From positions 224,001-288,000 of the forward strand of contig OZ243961.1 of assembly GCA_965214605.1 (NCBI GenBank): a DNA stretch of 64,000 bases, given 5' to 3'. Positions 40,965-50,272 of this stretch are shown here, piece by piece. The position numbers and the translations under genes were made by a program. The notes beneath the pieces were generated by a model, which saw only the letters and a program-made list of their open reading frames with translations, was not told the origin of the DNA and did not search any database. The DNA is from an uncultured Candidatus Binatia bacterium (GTDB lineage Bacteria; Desulfobacterota; Binatia; Bin18). The first letter of the stretch is position 1, and every line of letters starts with the position of its first letter.

Positions 40965-43598
40965 ATGAGTCGATATTGTGGTGAGAAACGGCAGGTCGAA
41001 CCCATCCTGAAAGCAGCTGAGCACTGGAAAAATGTCGGGCTGTTATCGGAGGGGTCGGTATTCAATAAGGGGTCAATTTGGACATCTGAATATTTGGAAT
41101 CGCTGGATCACCATTTCGTTAATCAGTCTGACGCAGGAGAAGGGAATTTCTACGAAAAACTGGGGGCTCAGCTGGAGCCGACTGAGTCAGGAGTGAAGCA
41201 ACTCGCAGCAGAGATGCTGTGGTTAATGTTTCTTTGCCCTCTCAACATCAGCGAATCGAAGAAGCGCGAAGGCATAAAGAGTATCTGGGAATGGTCAGGA
41301 GAGGCGTTTCCAGAGGATTCCGAGTGGATAAGGGATGATGTTCTGGGTGGCGTAGGCAGCGGAGGAATAAATTTTAACACCAGTCGCCGGCAGGAGTTGG
41401 TGTTTTTTATTCGTGCCATGATTGCCTTCAAAATCCTGACAGACCAGGAACGAAATAAGCTCCTTGCCGATGGCTGGGCATTCGCGCAGTGGCTTGAACA
41501 AATCCCCGAATGCGACGCTCGTCAATTGCGTCATATGTTCCTGTTTTTGCTGTTCCCTGACGATTTTGAGCATATTTTCGGAGGGAGAGAGCGACGAAGA
41601 ATTGTCCGGGCCTTCTCAGGAAAGTCTGCGGCACAGGTCAGGAATCTCTCGGCATTAGAGATCGACCGAAACTTCCTTGAGATACGTAAGCAAAAGGAAG
41701 AGGAGTACGGTACTAAGAAGTTGGACTTTTATTATACCCCGCTTCGCGATCTCTGGGGTGACTCTAGGGTAAGGACGTGGCTGTTCAGTTGGAATTCGAG
41801 CAACTGGGAGTGGGAGTCTATGGCTGATGACCGGGCAGCGACACATGAAGGGAAAACGGTAACCCACCGATGGGGATGTGCCAGTCAAGATGCCAGTACC
41901 GGCGACAAAGCGTTTCTGGTGAGGACGGGCGAGCCTCCGAAAGGAATTATAGCTATTGGAAATATTGTTTCCGGTCCTTATGAGGCGCCTCATTGGGACG
42001 AGGCAAAGGCCGAGCAGGGCAAAGTATACCGGTACGTGGATGTGGGATTCTCACGGATTCAGGATCCACTGCAGAATGACCCTTATGTAACGGAAGCCGA
42101 TTTGGAGAGGATTGCTGTCGATAAGCAGGAATGGTCACCACAAGCTTCCGGTATCGAGATAAAGCAGCGATCGGCCGGGACTCTGGAGAAGGTCTGGGAG
42201 AAGGTCGTTGAGGCGGCAAAGCAGCCAGATGATAAAAAGCAGAATGGAAGTGTCAAGGCGGCCATAAACCAGATTCTGTATGGTCCTCCAGGAACAGGAA
42301 AGACCTATCAACTTAATCGTCTGGTGGAAAAGTATTCAAGCAGAAAGCAAACCCTAAGCCGTGAGGCATGGCTGATTCAGGAGTTGCCGGATGCCAGGTG
42401 GTTTGATGTGATCTTTGGCGCATTGTACGACCTGGGCGGTGAGGGCAGGGCCAATGCAATTTTAAATCATGAGTACGTACAGATGAAGGCGAAGGCCTTG
42501 GGGCGTGATCGAAACATCGCGCAAATAATATCGGCAACCCTTCGGGCACATACCCGTGAAAATTCCAGGACCGTCCCAGACAAGAACCGTAGTGCACCCC
42601 TTGTATTCGACAAGAAGTCAAATAGCGCTTGGTCACTGGTCGATGACTGGGAGGAAGAATGTGCAGAGCAGGTGGAACAAGCCAAGAAATGGAAGGCCGG
42701 TCCCAAGCAAGAGGCGTCCCATCAACGGTATGAATACGTGGCGTTTCATCAGGCCTATAGCTACGAAGATTTCGTCGAGGGTATGAGACCTGTTCAGGAT
42801 GAGGAAACCGGAGAGATCGCTTATCAGGTAGTGCCTGGTGTTTTTAAGCGGATATGCCAGAGGGCAAAAGCAGACCCCGATCAGCGGTACGCGATTTTTA
42901 TTGATGAGATCAACAGGGGGAACATTGCCAAAATATTTGGCGAGCTGATCACCTTGATGGAAGAAGATAAAAGGGCGGTATACAACGACGCCGGAGACCT
43001 GAAGTCTGGGATGGAATTGACTCTTCCTTATTCAGGCGCGCGATTTAGTGTCCCTGGAAATTTGGACGTCTACGGGACCATGAACACAGCGGACCGCTCC
43101 ATAGCCCTACTGGATACTGCGTTACGACGTCGTTTCCAATTCAAAGAGTTGATGCCGGATGCCGGCGTAATCAGCGGCTCCCGTGGTGACGGTTATATCG
43201 AGGATGGGGATGGCGGCGTTATCAACCTGCGTGCCTTACTGGAGGCCATGAATCGTCGTATTCGCTTCCTGTTGAACAGAGATATGACGATTGGGCATGC
43301 CTATTTCATCAACGTGCGTGATTTTGATGGTCTCAAGGTGGTTTTGTTCAACAAGATTATTCCCCTTCTGCAGGAATATTTCTATGAGGACTGGCACAGG
43401 ATCCAGTTGGTATTCCGAGATGTAGATCCGGCGGGAGAAAAACTGGAACCACAGATTGTATGTCATGACACGCTGAACAAAAAAGAGGTGCTTGGGGTCG
43501 ATCATGACGACTTCGACGACCTTACAGAGTACCGGATTGTAGACCCGGATGAGATCACGCCGGATGCAGTCAGGAAAGTATACGAAGAGAGTGCCTGA
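40965..43598 (+). CDS. mcrB: McrB-family GTPase with N-terminal and EVE-like recognition domains
   Basis: GPPGTGKT, FHQAYSYEDF, IDEINRGN, MNTADRS, LRRRF, IGHAYF, IIPLLQEYF. Confidence 0.9.
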   Translation: MSRYCGEKRQVEPILKAAEHWKNVGLLSEGSVFNKGSIWTSEYLESLDHHFVNQSDAGEGNFYEKLGAQLEPTESGVKQLAAEMLWLMFLCPLNISESKKREGIKSIWEWSGEAFPEDSEWIRDDVLGGVGSGGINFNTSRRQELVFFIRAMIAFKILTDQERNKLLADGWAFAQWLEQIPECDARQLRHMFLFLLFPDDFEHIFGGRERRRIVRAFSGKSAAQVRNLSALEIDRNFLEIRKQKEEEYGTKKLDFYYTPLRDLWGDSRVRTWLFSWNSSNWEWESMADDRAATHEGKTVTHRWGCASQDASTGDKAFLVRTGEPPKGIIAIGNIVSGPYEAPHWDEAKAEQGKVYRYVDVGFSRIQDPLQNDPYVTEADLERIAVDKQEWSPQASGIEIKQRSAGTLEKVWEKVVEAAKQPDDKKQNGSVKAAINQILYGPPGTGKTYQLNRLVEKYSSRKQTLSREAWLIQELPDARWFDVIFGALYDLGGEGRANAILNHEYVQMKAKALGRDRNIAQIISATLRAHTRENSRTVPDKNRSAPLVFDKKSNSAWSLVDDWEEECAEQVEQAKKWKAGPKQEASHQRYEYVAFHQAYSYEDFVEGMRPVQDEETGEIAYQVVPGVFKRICQRAKADPDQRYAIFIDEINRGNIAKIFGELITLMEEDKRAVYNDAGDLKSGMELTLPYSGARFSVPGNLDVYGTMNTADRSIALLDTALRRRFQFKELMPDAGVISGSRGDGYIEDGDGGVINLRALLEAMNRRIRFLLNRDMTIGHAYFINVRDFDGLKVVLFNKIIPLLQEYFYEDWHRIQLVFRDVDPAGEKLEPQIVCHDTLNKKEVLGVDHDDFDDLTEYRIVDPDEITPDAVRKVYEESA

Positions 43599-43600
43599 TT

Positions 43601-44854
43601 GTGGAGGTGCTGTCGGTAATCGAGCATGAATCTCTCCCAATTCTCCGATCTCGTGGACGAGGTCGGAGGGCGCTTGATCATGCGCATGCCGACGCACTCG
43701 ACGGACTTGAGAAAGAGCTGCCGGCAAAAGCGTGGTCTTGGGGGAATCGGCGAATCAAATTTGGGCACTATTGCGGCGTCATCTCATTGGGAAATTTATC
43801 TATAGAGATTCTTCCCAAGATTTACGGTGTTGAGGTTGACCTGGGGTCCAGCCGTCGTGCGCTGGTACGCATGCTTTCCAAGGCACGCCGCCTGAAGCTC
43901 CGTCGAGCGGGCACGGCTGGCATTGCGCTCCAGAAGCATAGTCTTCTGGATGTGTTCATACTGAATTTTTGCGACCAGCTGCATGCCGAGATGATGCAGG
44001 GGATGATTCGAACATACATAGAGCGCAACGAGAATCTCAACGTCTTACGTGGAAGATTACGAATTGAGCAGCAATTCAAGCAAAACCTGGCCCACCGTGA
44101 ACGGCTTTATTGTCAGTATGATGAGCTGAGCGAGGACAACATCCACAATCAGATATTGAAATATGTACTGAAATTATTGCTGAAAACGGCAATAGGAAAT
44201 CGTGCGCGTCTTCAGGTGTCTGAACTCCTCATGCGTTTTGACCCGATAAGCGATGTAGCCGTAGACACCGCTTTGCTGGATTCGCTGAGCTTTGATCGTT
44301 CAACTGCCAGATATGAGCCGATATTCGACCAATGCAGGCGCTTCCTGGAGGGCGTGCATCCGGATGTTCTGGCGGGAAAGGAAACCTGTGTTTCGCTCCT
44401 GTTTGATATGAACCAGCTGTTCGAGGCATACGTTGGTGCCGAATTAAGGAGGAAGGCATGGAGTGAGGGGCTGCGGGTAAGAGAGCAGGGCCCACAGAAG
44501 TATTTAGCCCGGCGTAAGGATACCGATCGGAATGTCTTCAGGATGAAGCCCGACATTTCCTTTTTGAACGAGAATAATCAGGTTGTAGCAATCGCGGATG
44601 CCAAGTGGAAACTGCTGGATGAAGAAGAAAGGAAGCTGAGAATATCTCAGGCCGATCTGTATCAACTGGAAAGTTACGCGATAAGGTATCGTGTTGAAGA
44701 ATTGTTTCTGATTTACCCCATGCAGCAGAAGATGACGATGCCGGTTCAGCTACATTTTAAGGGATCGGGAGCGACGGTGAATATTGTGCCTTTCGATATC
44801 ACGGCAGTCAGCAGTACCGAACTACCAAAGCTGTCCATAGGAGGAGGACATTGA
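43601..44854 (+). CDS. mcrB-associated mcrC: McrC-family restriction endonuclease subunit
   Basis: IEILPKI, LFDMNQLFEAYV, MKPDI...ADAKWK, ADLYQL; directly follows mcrB. Confidence 0.9.
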   Translation: MEVLSVIEHESLPILRSRGRGRRALDHAHADALDGLEKELPAKAWSWGNRRIKFGHYCGVISLGNLSIEILPKIYGVEVDLGSSRRALVRMLSKARRLKLRRAGTAGIALQKHSLLDVFILNFCDQLHAEMMQGMIRTYIERNENLNVLRGRLRIEQQFKQNLAHRERLYCQYDELSEDNIHNQILKYVLKLLLKTAIGNRARLQVSELLMRFDPISDVAVDTALLDSLSFDRSTARYEPIFDQCRRFLEGVHPDVLAGKETCVSLLFDMNQLFEAYVGAELRRKAWSEGLRVREQGPQKYLARRKDTDRNVFRMKPDISFLNENNQVVAIADAKWKLLDEEERKLRISQADLYQLESYAIRYRVEELFLIYPMQQKMTMPVQLHFKGSGATVNIVPFDITAVSSTELPKLSIGGGH

Positions 44855-45014
44855 ATAATGTCTCTTTCCGGCAAACATTTTCTGGACATCCAGGGATTTC
44901 TTGCGGAGGAAGATAAGCAACTCGACGCCGAAAGTAGTTTACGCCGGCGCGCAGTTGCCATGGAAAAGAAACCGTGTGGGACATTCGAATACCGCAGATG
45001 TCGAAGGATGATAT

Positions 45015-45290
45015 TTGTTGAAGGATGGGGCTCCGTCAGGCGAGGAGCTATTCGCTCCAATTTGGGAACGGCCAGCCACAGAGGCGGCACGCGAGTTGGG
45101 GATTTCCGATGCGGCCCTAGGCAAGTTGTGCCGGCAACTTCAGGTGCCCATGCCACCGAGAGGATATTGGGCCGGGGTGGCGTTGGGTAAAACGCCGAAG
45201 CGGCCGCCGCTGCCGGCATACCGCGCGGAAATCGAGAATCGCCTGCGGAAACAGGCGAAGTCAAAAAGCCGGGTCCCACCATCCAAGCTG
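45015..45290 (+). pseudogene. Truncated HTH protein typical of mobile elements
   Basis: EELFAPIWERPATEAARELGISDAALGKLCRQLQVPMPPRGYW; the frame then runs into unrelated sequence. Confidence 0.55.
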
Positions 45291-45470
45291 CAATGGATTG
45301 CCGGACCGGGAAGATTCGGCCCTGTTCCTTCAGGCGGCTGACCACATCGTCATCCGGCGCCGGGAAGGTCAGGCGGTTCTGCTTCCGCCGGGGTTGGTCG
45401 CCACGGTTACGCAGAATCTCTTCCGCAGCGGCGAATGCCTGGTTGGTCCCGCTGCGGCTGTAGGTGCCAT
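45290..45470 (-). pseudogene. Fragment of a second DUF499 ATPase
   Basis: AAAEEILRNRGDQPRRKQNRLTFPAPDDDVVSRLKEQGRIF aligns by eye with EAKDILLQRGSSPRVYRNTLAFIAADSRALDNLKEAVRY of 35155-38451. Confidence 0.6.
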
Positions 45471-45496
45471 TGGTCGGCGGCACGACAAGTCGTGGT

Positions 45497-46589
45497 CCGG
45501 CAGCATAGTCATCCGGTACATCGACAGACGGTTACCCTGAACCCCAATACTGATGTCACTCTGCCGCCGTTTGCCGATGCCTTGCGTGTGTTGCAAAAGG
45601 AACGTCAGCAATTGCGGGATGATCTGGACGCACTGGAAGAAGACGACGAGCTGGATGATGAGGGCACCGGCCGTGATGTGCTCGGCGAAATGGAGATTGC
45701 GGCCTGTATCATGATCACCGGGGACGACGAACGCGAGGATGCACTCATGACCCGGGCTGACCGACTGTTAATCCGGAATGCGATTTTCCTGGCGGCCAAA
45801 ACCGTCAAGGAGACAGGCCGCGATCAGGTGCCCACCCAGGATGTCGCCGCCACACTCCAGAGTATCGGGCACGATGAAAGCCTGCCGACCACCGGCGCAA
45901 CCGGGTCATCGAGATGGGGGACGGTCTGCGCTGTTCTATTCAGGTCTCGCCGGACACTTTTTTAACCGGCCGGGCACCCCCTGGCCCGAGGCGGACATCA
46001 CGATTCTGGAGATGGCGATACTGGCTCAGGAAGGCTACGAAGATCAGCTTACAGCTCCATGAGGAGCCATATCAACGATCTGGTAGAACGCCACCAGCAC
46101 GACGCAAGGCCGACGTTGGTGGCGACCGATGAAGGGCACATCATTACCACCAATCCGTTGCTGGCGCGTTATGTGGTCAAGATCACCAAGATGTGGCGCA
46201 AGCTCGGCGCCTGGTTCTGGATTGCCACCCAGAATCTGGAAGACTTCCCCGATGCCAGTCGCAAGATGCTCAACATGATGGAGTGGTGGCTTTGCCTGGT
46301 GATGCCCAAGGAGGAGGCTGAACAAATCGCCCGCTTCAAGGATTTGACCGAGGTGCAGCGCAGCCTGTTGTAGTCGGCCCGCAAAGAGCCGGGGAAGTAT
46401 GTCGAAGGTCTCATGCTCTCTGACAATATGGACGCGCTATTTCGTAATGTCCCGCCGCCGCTATTACTGGTGCTTGCCATGACTGGGAAACACGAAAAGG
46501 CCGAGCGTGGCGCGATTATGCAGGAGCGCAATTGTAGTGAACTCGAGGCGGTGCGTGTCATCGCAGAGCGGATTGCAGAAAGTCGCTGA
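45497..46589 (+). pseudogene. ICE conjugative transfer ATPase (VirB4-like, PFL_4706 type), C-terminal fragment with frameshifts and stops
   Basis: LPPFADA, RDVLGEMEI, HFFNRPGTPWPEAD, TDEGHIITTNPLL, KITKMWRKLGAWFWIATQN, *SARKEPGKYVEG, LAMTGKHEKAER split over several frames. Confidence 0.85.
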
Positions 46590-46694
46590 GGCCGATGATT
46601 GTGACCTACTCACCAATCGACATTGGCGGCATGTTGGTCTAAGACCCGTTCAGCCGCGGTTCCGAACGTTGACCAGGGAGAGTACCCAAAGGCA

Positions 46695-47426
46695 TTAGTT
46701 CTTGAACCTGTTCAGGAGCCGGATCAGTTGCAGCTGGAGCGGTTGCGGAAAGGAGATCTGTCCATTCTGAAACTTCGTATAGCACCTCTCGAAGATCGCG
46801 ATGAAGTCGCTCCGCAGGGTCTGCGGCGTATGGTGCTCATAAAGGGCGCGCAACGTGGGGCCGTGACACGCACTGACTCTCAGGCCGCTCCCGCACGGGC
46901 ATTCATGATGGCCGCGATAGCCATGCTCGAAGAGAAAGCATATGGCACCGAGGGCCGCGAGGTCATCGTGCAGGCCGAGCGTATCGACGTAATGACGCAG
47001 AATGCCTTCATATCCGTGCGCCGCTTCGTCGAATGGGTGACGCCCGTGCTTTTTCCAGAAGCAGTACCCGTAGAGATAAGGAATCACCAGCCGATTGACG
47101 AATCCGAGCAGCGTAGGCTGGTCGAAGAACACTCGGCGCTGCTCGACCGGAACGGCAAGGCACAGCGTGCCGTCGGGATTGCGATGCTTATAGTTGGCCA
47201 CGATCCGGCCGCCTATTTCTTTGATCCGCGGCAGCGGCTCCGGAAAGCCGCGAGGGATTATCAATTCGATTTCGAACGATTCCGTGATCGTTTCCAGCCC
47301 GTTGGCGGACGCCTCGAAAGGCAGCGTGCCGGAAACGATTGTTTCGGCATCGCGTTCGACAATGTTTGTGAGTCCTTTGTGAACGCCCGACAGTTCGATG
47401 ATCTGCTGCCGCAAGTCTTCCTTCAC
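46695..47426 (-). CDS. Stand-alone prokaryotic E2 (UBC-fold) protein with C-terminal SEC-C zinc motif, CBASS accessory
   Basis: IELIIPRGFPEPLP...HRNPDGTLCL (E2 active site) and HECPCGSGLRVSACHG; GTG start overlaps the CD-NTase stop. Confidence 0.8.
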   Translation of the reverse strand: MKEDLRQQIIELSGVHKGLTNIVERDAETIVSGTLPFEASANGLETITESFEIELIIPRGFPEPLPRIKEIGGRIVANYKHRNPDGTLCLAVPVEQRRVFFDQPTLLGFVNRLVIPYLYGYCFWKKHGRHPFDEAAHGYEGILRHYVDTLGLHDDLAALGAICFLFEHGYRGHHECPCGSGLRVSACHGPTLRALYEHHTPQTLRSDFIAIFERCYTKFQNGQISFPQPLQLQLIRLLNRFKN

Positions 47427-48610
47427 ACCTGCCTCCACGGTTTCGCGGGGCTGGTGATATGAATGCGCGGCGGCGTGTCGATTACTGGAGCGGGCGGAAC
47501 AAGAACCTCAAGATGTTTCGATACGGCTGCGGCGCCCAAGACCCGGCCCAGGTGCTCTTTGAGCAGGCGCGGGTTTGCCTCGCCCAGGATGTTCAGCAGA
47601 TCCTTCTGTAGGGCATCCACCCACGCGAAGAAGGCCCGTGGGCGGGCATGGTTGTCTTCATGCCAGCGGTCCGCAAAGTTCTCGGCCGGATTGACGGGGT
47701 TGCCGATATACCACGTGCCGTCCGGGCGTCTCTGGATCAGCCTCATCGCTGCCAGGGAACGGTCGATAGTCTTGCCTTCGACGAGCGCTGCGTGCGCCTG
47801 GAGTTTTCCGATGATCCCGGAAAGAGCGGAATACACATCCGCCTCATTTCCGTAAAGATGCGCAGCCAGCGTGGTAATGATGATCGAGATCGGAGCGTAG
47901 TCGATACGGTCGGGGTGGTTGAAGCGCAGGTCCCGGTGTCGCTTCATGAGCTGGATCGAACGTTGAAGTGGTGTGCGGACCAACTGGTCGGGCACTTTGT
48001 CTATGCTCGAGTAGATCAGCGGTGCGCGGCGTTGGATATTCTGCTTCTGTTCGACGACCGCACGAGCGAAAGCCGCGTCATTCTTTCCGTCGAACCATGC
48101 CCCGTAGCCGCGCGGATCGCTTGCCGACCAGGAATAGGCGGAGCCGTTCTTGTTGGTGATCGCCAGCCCGCGCCCGTCCGGCACAGCGGGCAGAACGTCG
48201 AGATGAAAACCCACGCCGTCCTGCTCGGCGTATTCGAGCGTCCAGCAGCGCCGTCCTTCGAGGTCGAGCAGCTTCCGATAGGTTCCATGCTCCCAGAGCC
48301 GGTTGCCAACCATGGATTTGATCGCCTGGGGCAAGCTCTGATCCTTCCGCAACGGCATCTCGCACACGAGGTCGATGTCGTAGGATGCCTCGATCCCGTC
48401 GCGGATGGGCCTGACGACCGTTCCGAGCCGGAACGATCCTTGCGGATAGATGCTGAGTTCGCCGGAGCATCCCGGATATTCCCCCTGCTCAAGCCAGCGG
48501 CCGACCGCCTGATAGCGGTCCACCGCGTCCTGATACTTGCCGGGCGGGATGTCGATCTCGCTGGCGACCTGCTCCAGAAACTTCGAATACTTCGTGATAT
48601 CGACGGTCAT
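47423..48610 (-). CDS. CD-NTase (cGAS/DncV-like nucleotidyltransferase)
   Basis: YPQGSFRLGT, YDIDLV, FHLDVLPA, SDPRGYGAWF, TPLQRSIQLMKRHRD, PISIIITTL, NPVNPAENFADRW. Confidence 0.92.
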   Translation of the reverse strand: MTVDITKYSKFLEQVASEIDIPPGKYQDAVDRYQAVGRWLEQGEYPGCSGELSIYPQGSFRLGTVVRPIRDGIEASYDIDLVCEMPLRKDQSLPQAIKSMVGNRLWEHGTYRKLLDLEGRRCWTLEYAEQDGVGFHLDVLPAVPDGRGLAITNKNGSAYSWSASDPRGYGAWFDGKNDAAFARAVVEQKQNIQRRAPLIYSSIDKVPDQLVRTPLQRSIQLMKRHRDLRFNHPDRIDYAPISIIITTLAAHLYGNEADVYSALSGIIGKLQAHAALVEGKTIDRSLAAMRLIQRRPDGTWYIGNPVNPAENFADRWHEDNHARPRAFFAWVDALQKDLLNILGEANPRLLKEHLGRVLGAAAVSKHLEVLVPPAPVIDTPPRIHITSPAKPWRQV

Positions 48611-48645
48611 GCTGACAACCTCTCTCTCAATGCCACATCCGGCTC

Positions 48646-49647
48646 TTAGTTCAGCACATGGACCGGCGCGAACGCTTCCGCTGGCTGACTGAAAAACACG
48701 TGACCGAGAACCGGTTGCCGATCACGTGCCAAGGAAAAGCCCAGCCCCATTAGATCCTGGATGGCCCGTATGTCATCCATCTTGTAGGTGTTGTAAGGGA
48801 CGGTGGGATTGATTCGATGAATGGCCGTCCGCTCGTGTTCATGGCCGGTAAGCAGCTTGGCGATGCCCATTGCGCCGTGCGACTGCCCGTCCATGAAGAG
48901 CTTGATGATCTTGGAGCCAAGCGTCCCGATCCCTGCCCATTTTCGGATGGTGTAGGTCTCCTCCAGGCAACCGAGGCTGAGCACATGGAGTGATTCGCGC
49001 GGCCAGTCCAGCATCGTGATCGCTTCAACGACAGCCAGCGCCGTTGGGTTGTTCGCCCATGTCCCGCCATCGGTCAGGCCGACCGCATGTTGCGTAACAT
49101 GGTGGCGGAAGTACGTCGGCGCCGCGGCGGTCGCCAGCGCGGCATCGACCGCCAGGGACTTGTAGTCGTTGTGAAGACGCGTGTGGTGTGCGGTCTTGTA
49201 AATGTATACGGAGTGCGCGACCGGATTCCATGCGGGGATGAGCAAACGCGTTTTCGCATCGCCGATCCGTTTGCTGCCGAGCACGTCCTCTAGGACGGAC
49301 CGCAGCGGCGCGGTATCGTGTTTGTTCATGAACAGCCAACGCCCGAGTCGCAGCTTGCTGAAGACAAAATCTGAAACCGGCCCGTGTCCGTGCCCGAAGA
49401 TTTTCGGGCCGTGCCGTTCATAGAGATCAAGAAGCTTCGAGGCGCGCAGCCCCATCGCTAGGCCAAGGGCGCTGATCCCGCCGGTGGACGTGCCTGCGAT
49501 CAGGTCGAAATACGACCCGATCGGGTCTTGAAGATGCTTTTCAAGACTGGCCAGAAAGGCTGCTGGAAAAGTTCCCAGAATCCCGCCTCCGTCGATGCAC
49601 AGGATGCGGCGCTTGGGTTGCTGCGTTACTTTTTTGTTTTCCATCAT
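48646..49647 (-). CDS. CBASS patatin-like phospholipase effector (CapV/CapE-like)
   Basis: IDGGGILG, GTSTG, DGGTWANNP; first gene of the CD-NTase operon. Confidence 0.92.
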   Translation of the reverse strand: MMENKKVTQQPKRRILCIDGGGILGTFPAAFLASLEKHLQDPIGSYFDLIAGTSTGGISALGLAMGLRASKLLDLYERHGPKIFGHGHGPVSDFVFSKLRLGRWLFMNKHDTAPLRSVLEDVLGSKRIGDAKTRLLIPAWNPVAHSVYIYKTAHHTRLHNDYKSLAVDAALATAAAPTYFRHHVTQHAVGLTDGGTWANNPTALAVVEAITMLDWPRESLHVLSLGCLEETYTIRKWAGIGTLGSKIIKLFMDGQSHGAMGIAKLLTGHEHERTAIHRINPTVPYNTYKMDDIRAIQDLMGLGFSLARDRQPVLGHVFFSQPAEAFAPVHVLN

Positions 49648-49830
49648 TTTTTACTGTTCTTCATTCTCGATAGCGGGATTTCCGCTCCTCGCCTCGCCTA
49701 TGGGCCTCCAGTTCATAGGCGCCTTGTCAGCAAGCAGGGTTCCGGTTATGCTGTATGTCTGGGCAGACGACGGCGTGAGAACCATAAAATCGACCTGGGA
49801 GACCGGAATTAATGGGGTCGGACAATAGGC

Positions 49831-49878
49831 GTTGTCTGTACAGACAACATATTTACAGATACATTTATCATCTGTCAA
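49831..49878. promoter_or_regulatory. Divergent promoter/operator region between CBASS and capH-capP
   Basis: Perfect 18-bp palindrome GTTGTCTGTACAGACAAC (49831-49848), ACAGAT-N9-ATCTGT (49855-49875), minus-strand TTGACA-17-TAAATA. Confidence 0.65.
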
Positions 49879-49888
49879 GAGGGCACTG

Positions 49889-50272
49889 ATGTCGTTCGGC
49901 TACGTTTTGAGAAAGTTCCGGGAAGACTGCAATCTCAGCCTCCGTGAGTTTGGTAAGCTCTGCAAAATCGACCATGCCTATATCCACCGGCTGGAAAAGA
50001 ATGAAAAGACCGCACCTTCCGAACAGGTCATTGAGTCGTTTATCCGTGCATTAGAACTGACGTCCAGGCAGGCGCACCTACTGCGGTTGCTGGTCGGCAA
50101 GACAGTGAACGAGCAGCTCGTGGACGTCTTTATCGAGGACGAAGCCCGCCCCCTGGAGCTGCTTGAACCTGCCTATCAAATGAGCTTCCGGGGTAAACGA
50201 CCGGAAACGAAGGATGAGTGGCGCCGGCATATTGACCGTTTGGCCGCGCTGTTTGATGAAGACGAGGAGTGA
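49889..50272 (+). CDS. XRE HTH repressor (CapH-like)
   Basis: MSFGYVLRKFRE...LSLREFGKLCKIDHAYIHRLEK; divergent from CBASS. Confidence 0.85.
   Translation: MSFGYVLRKFREDCNLSLREFGKLCKIDHAYIHRLEKNEKTAPSEQVIESFIRALELTSRQAHLLRLLVGKTVNEQLVDVFIEDEARPLELLEPAYQMSFRGKRPETKDEWRRHIDRLAALFDEDEE

Noticed and set aside
40965-44854. CoCoNuT-type McrBC
   Set aside because: No evident coiled-coil extension on McrC and no associated helicase or coiled-coil gene.
46623-48649. Plus-strand ORFs of 279 and 333 aa
   Set aside because: Antisense to the E2 and CD-NTase genes, which carry clear family motifs.
49651-49878. 75-aa ORF as a ubiquitin-like CBASS component
   Set aside because: It overlaps the promoter/operator, has no beta-grasp pattern and no C-terminal Gly.
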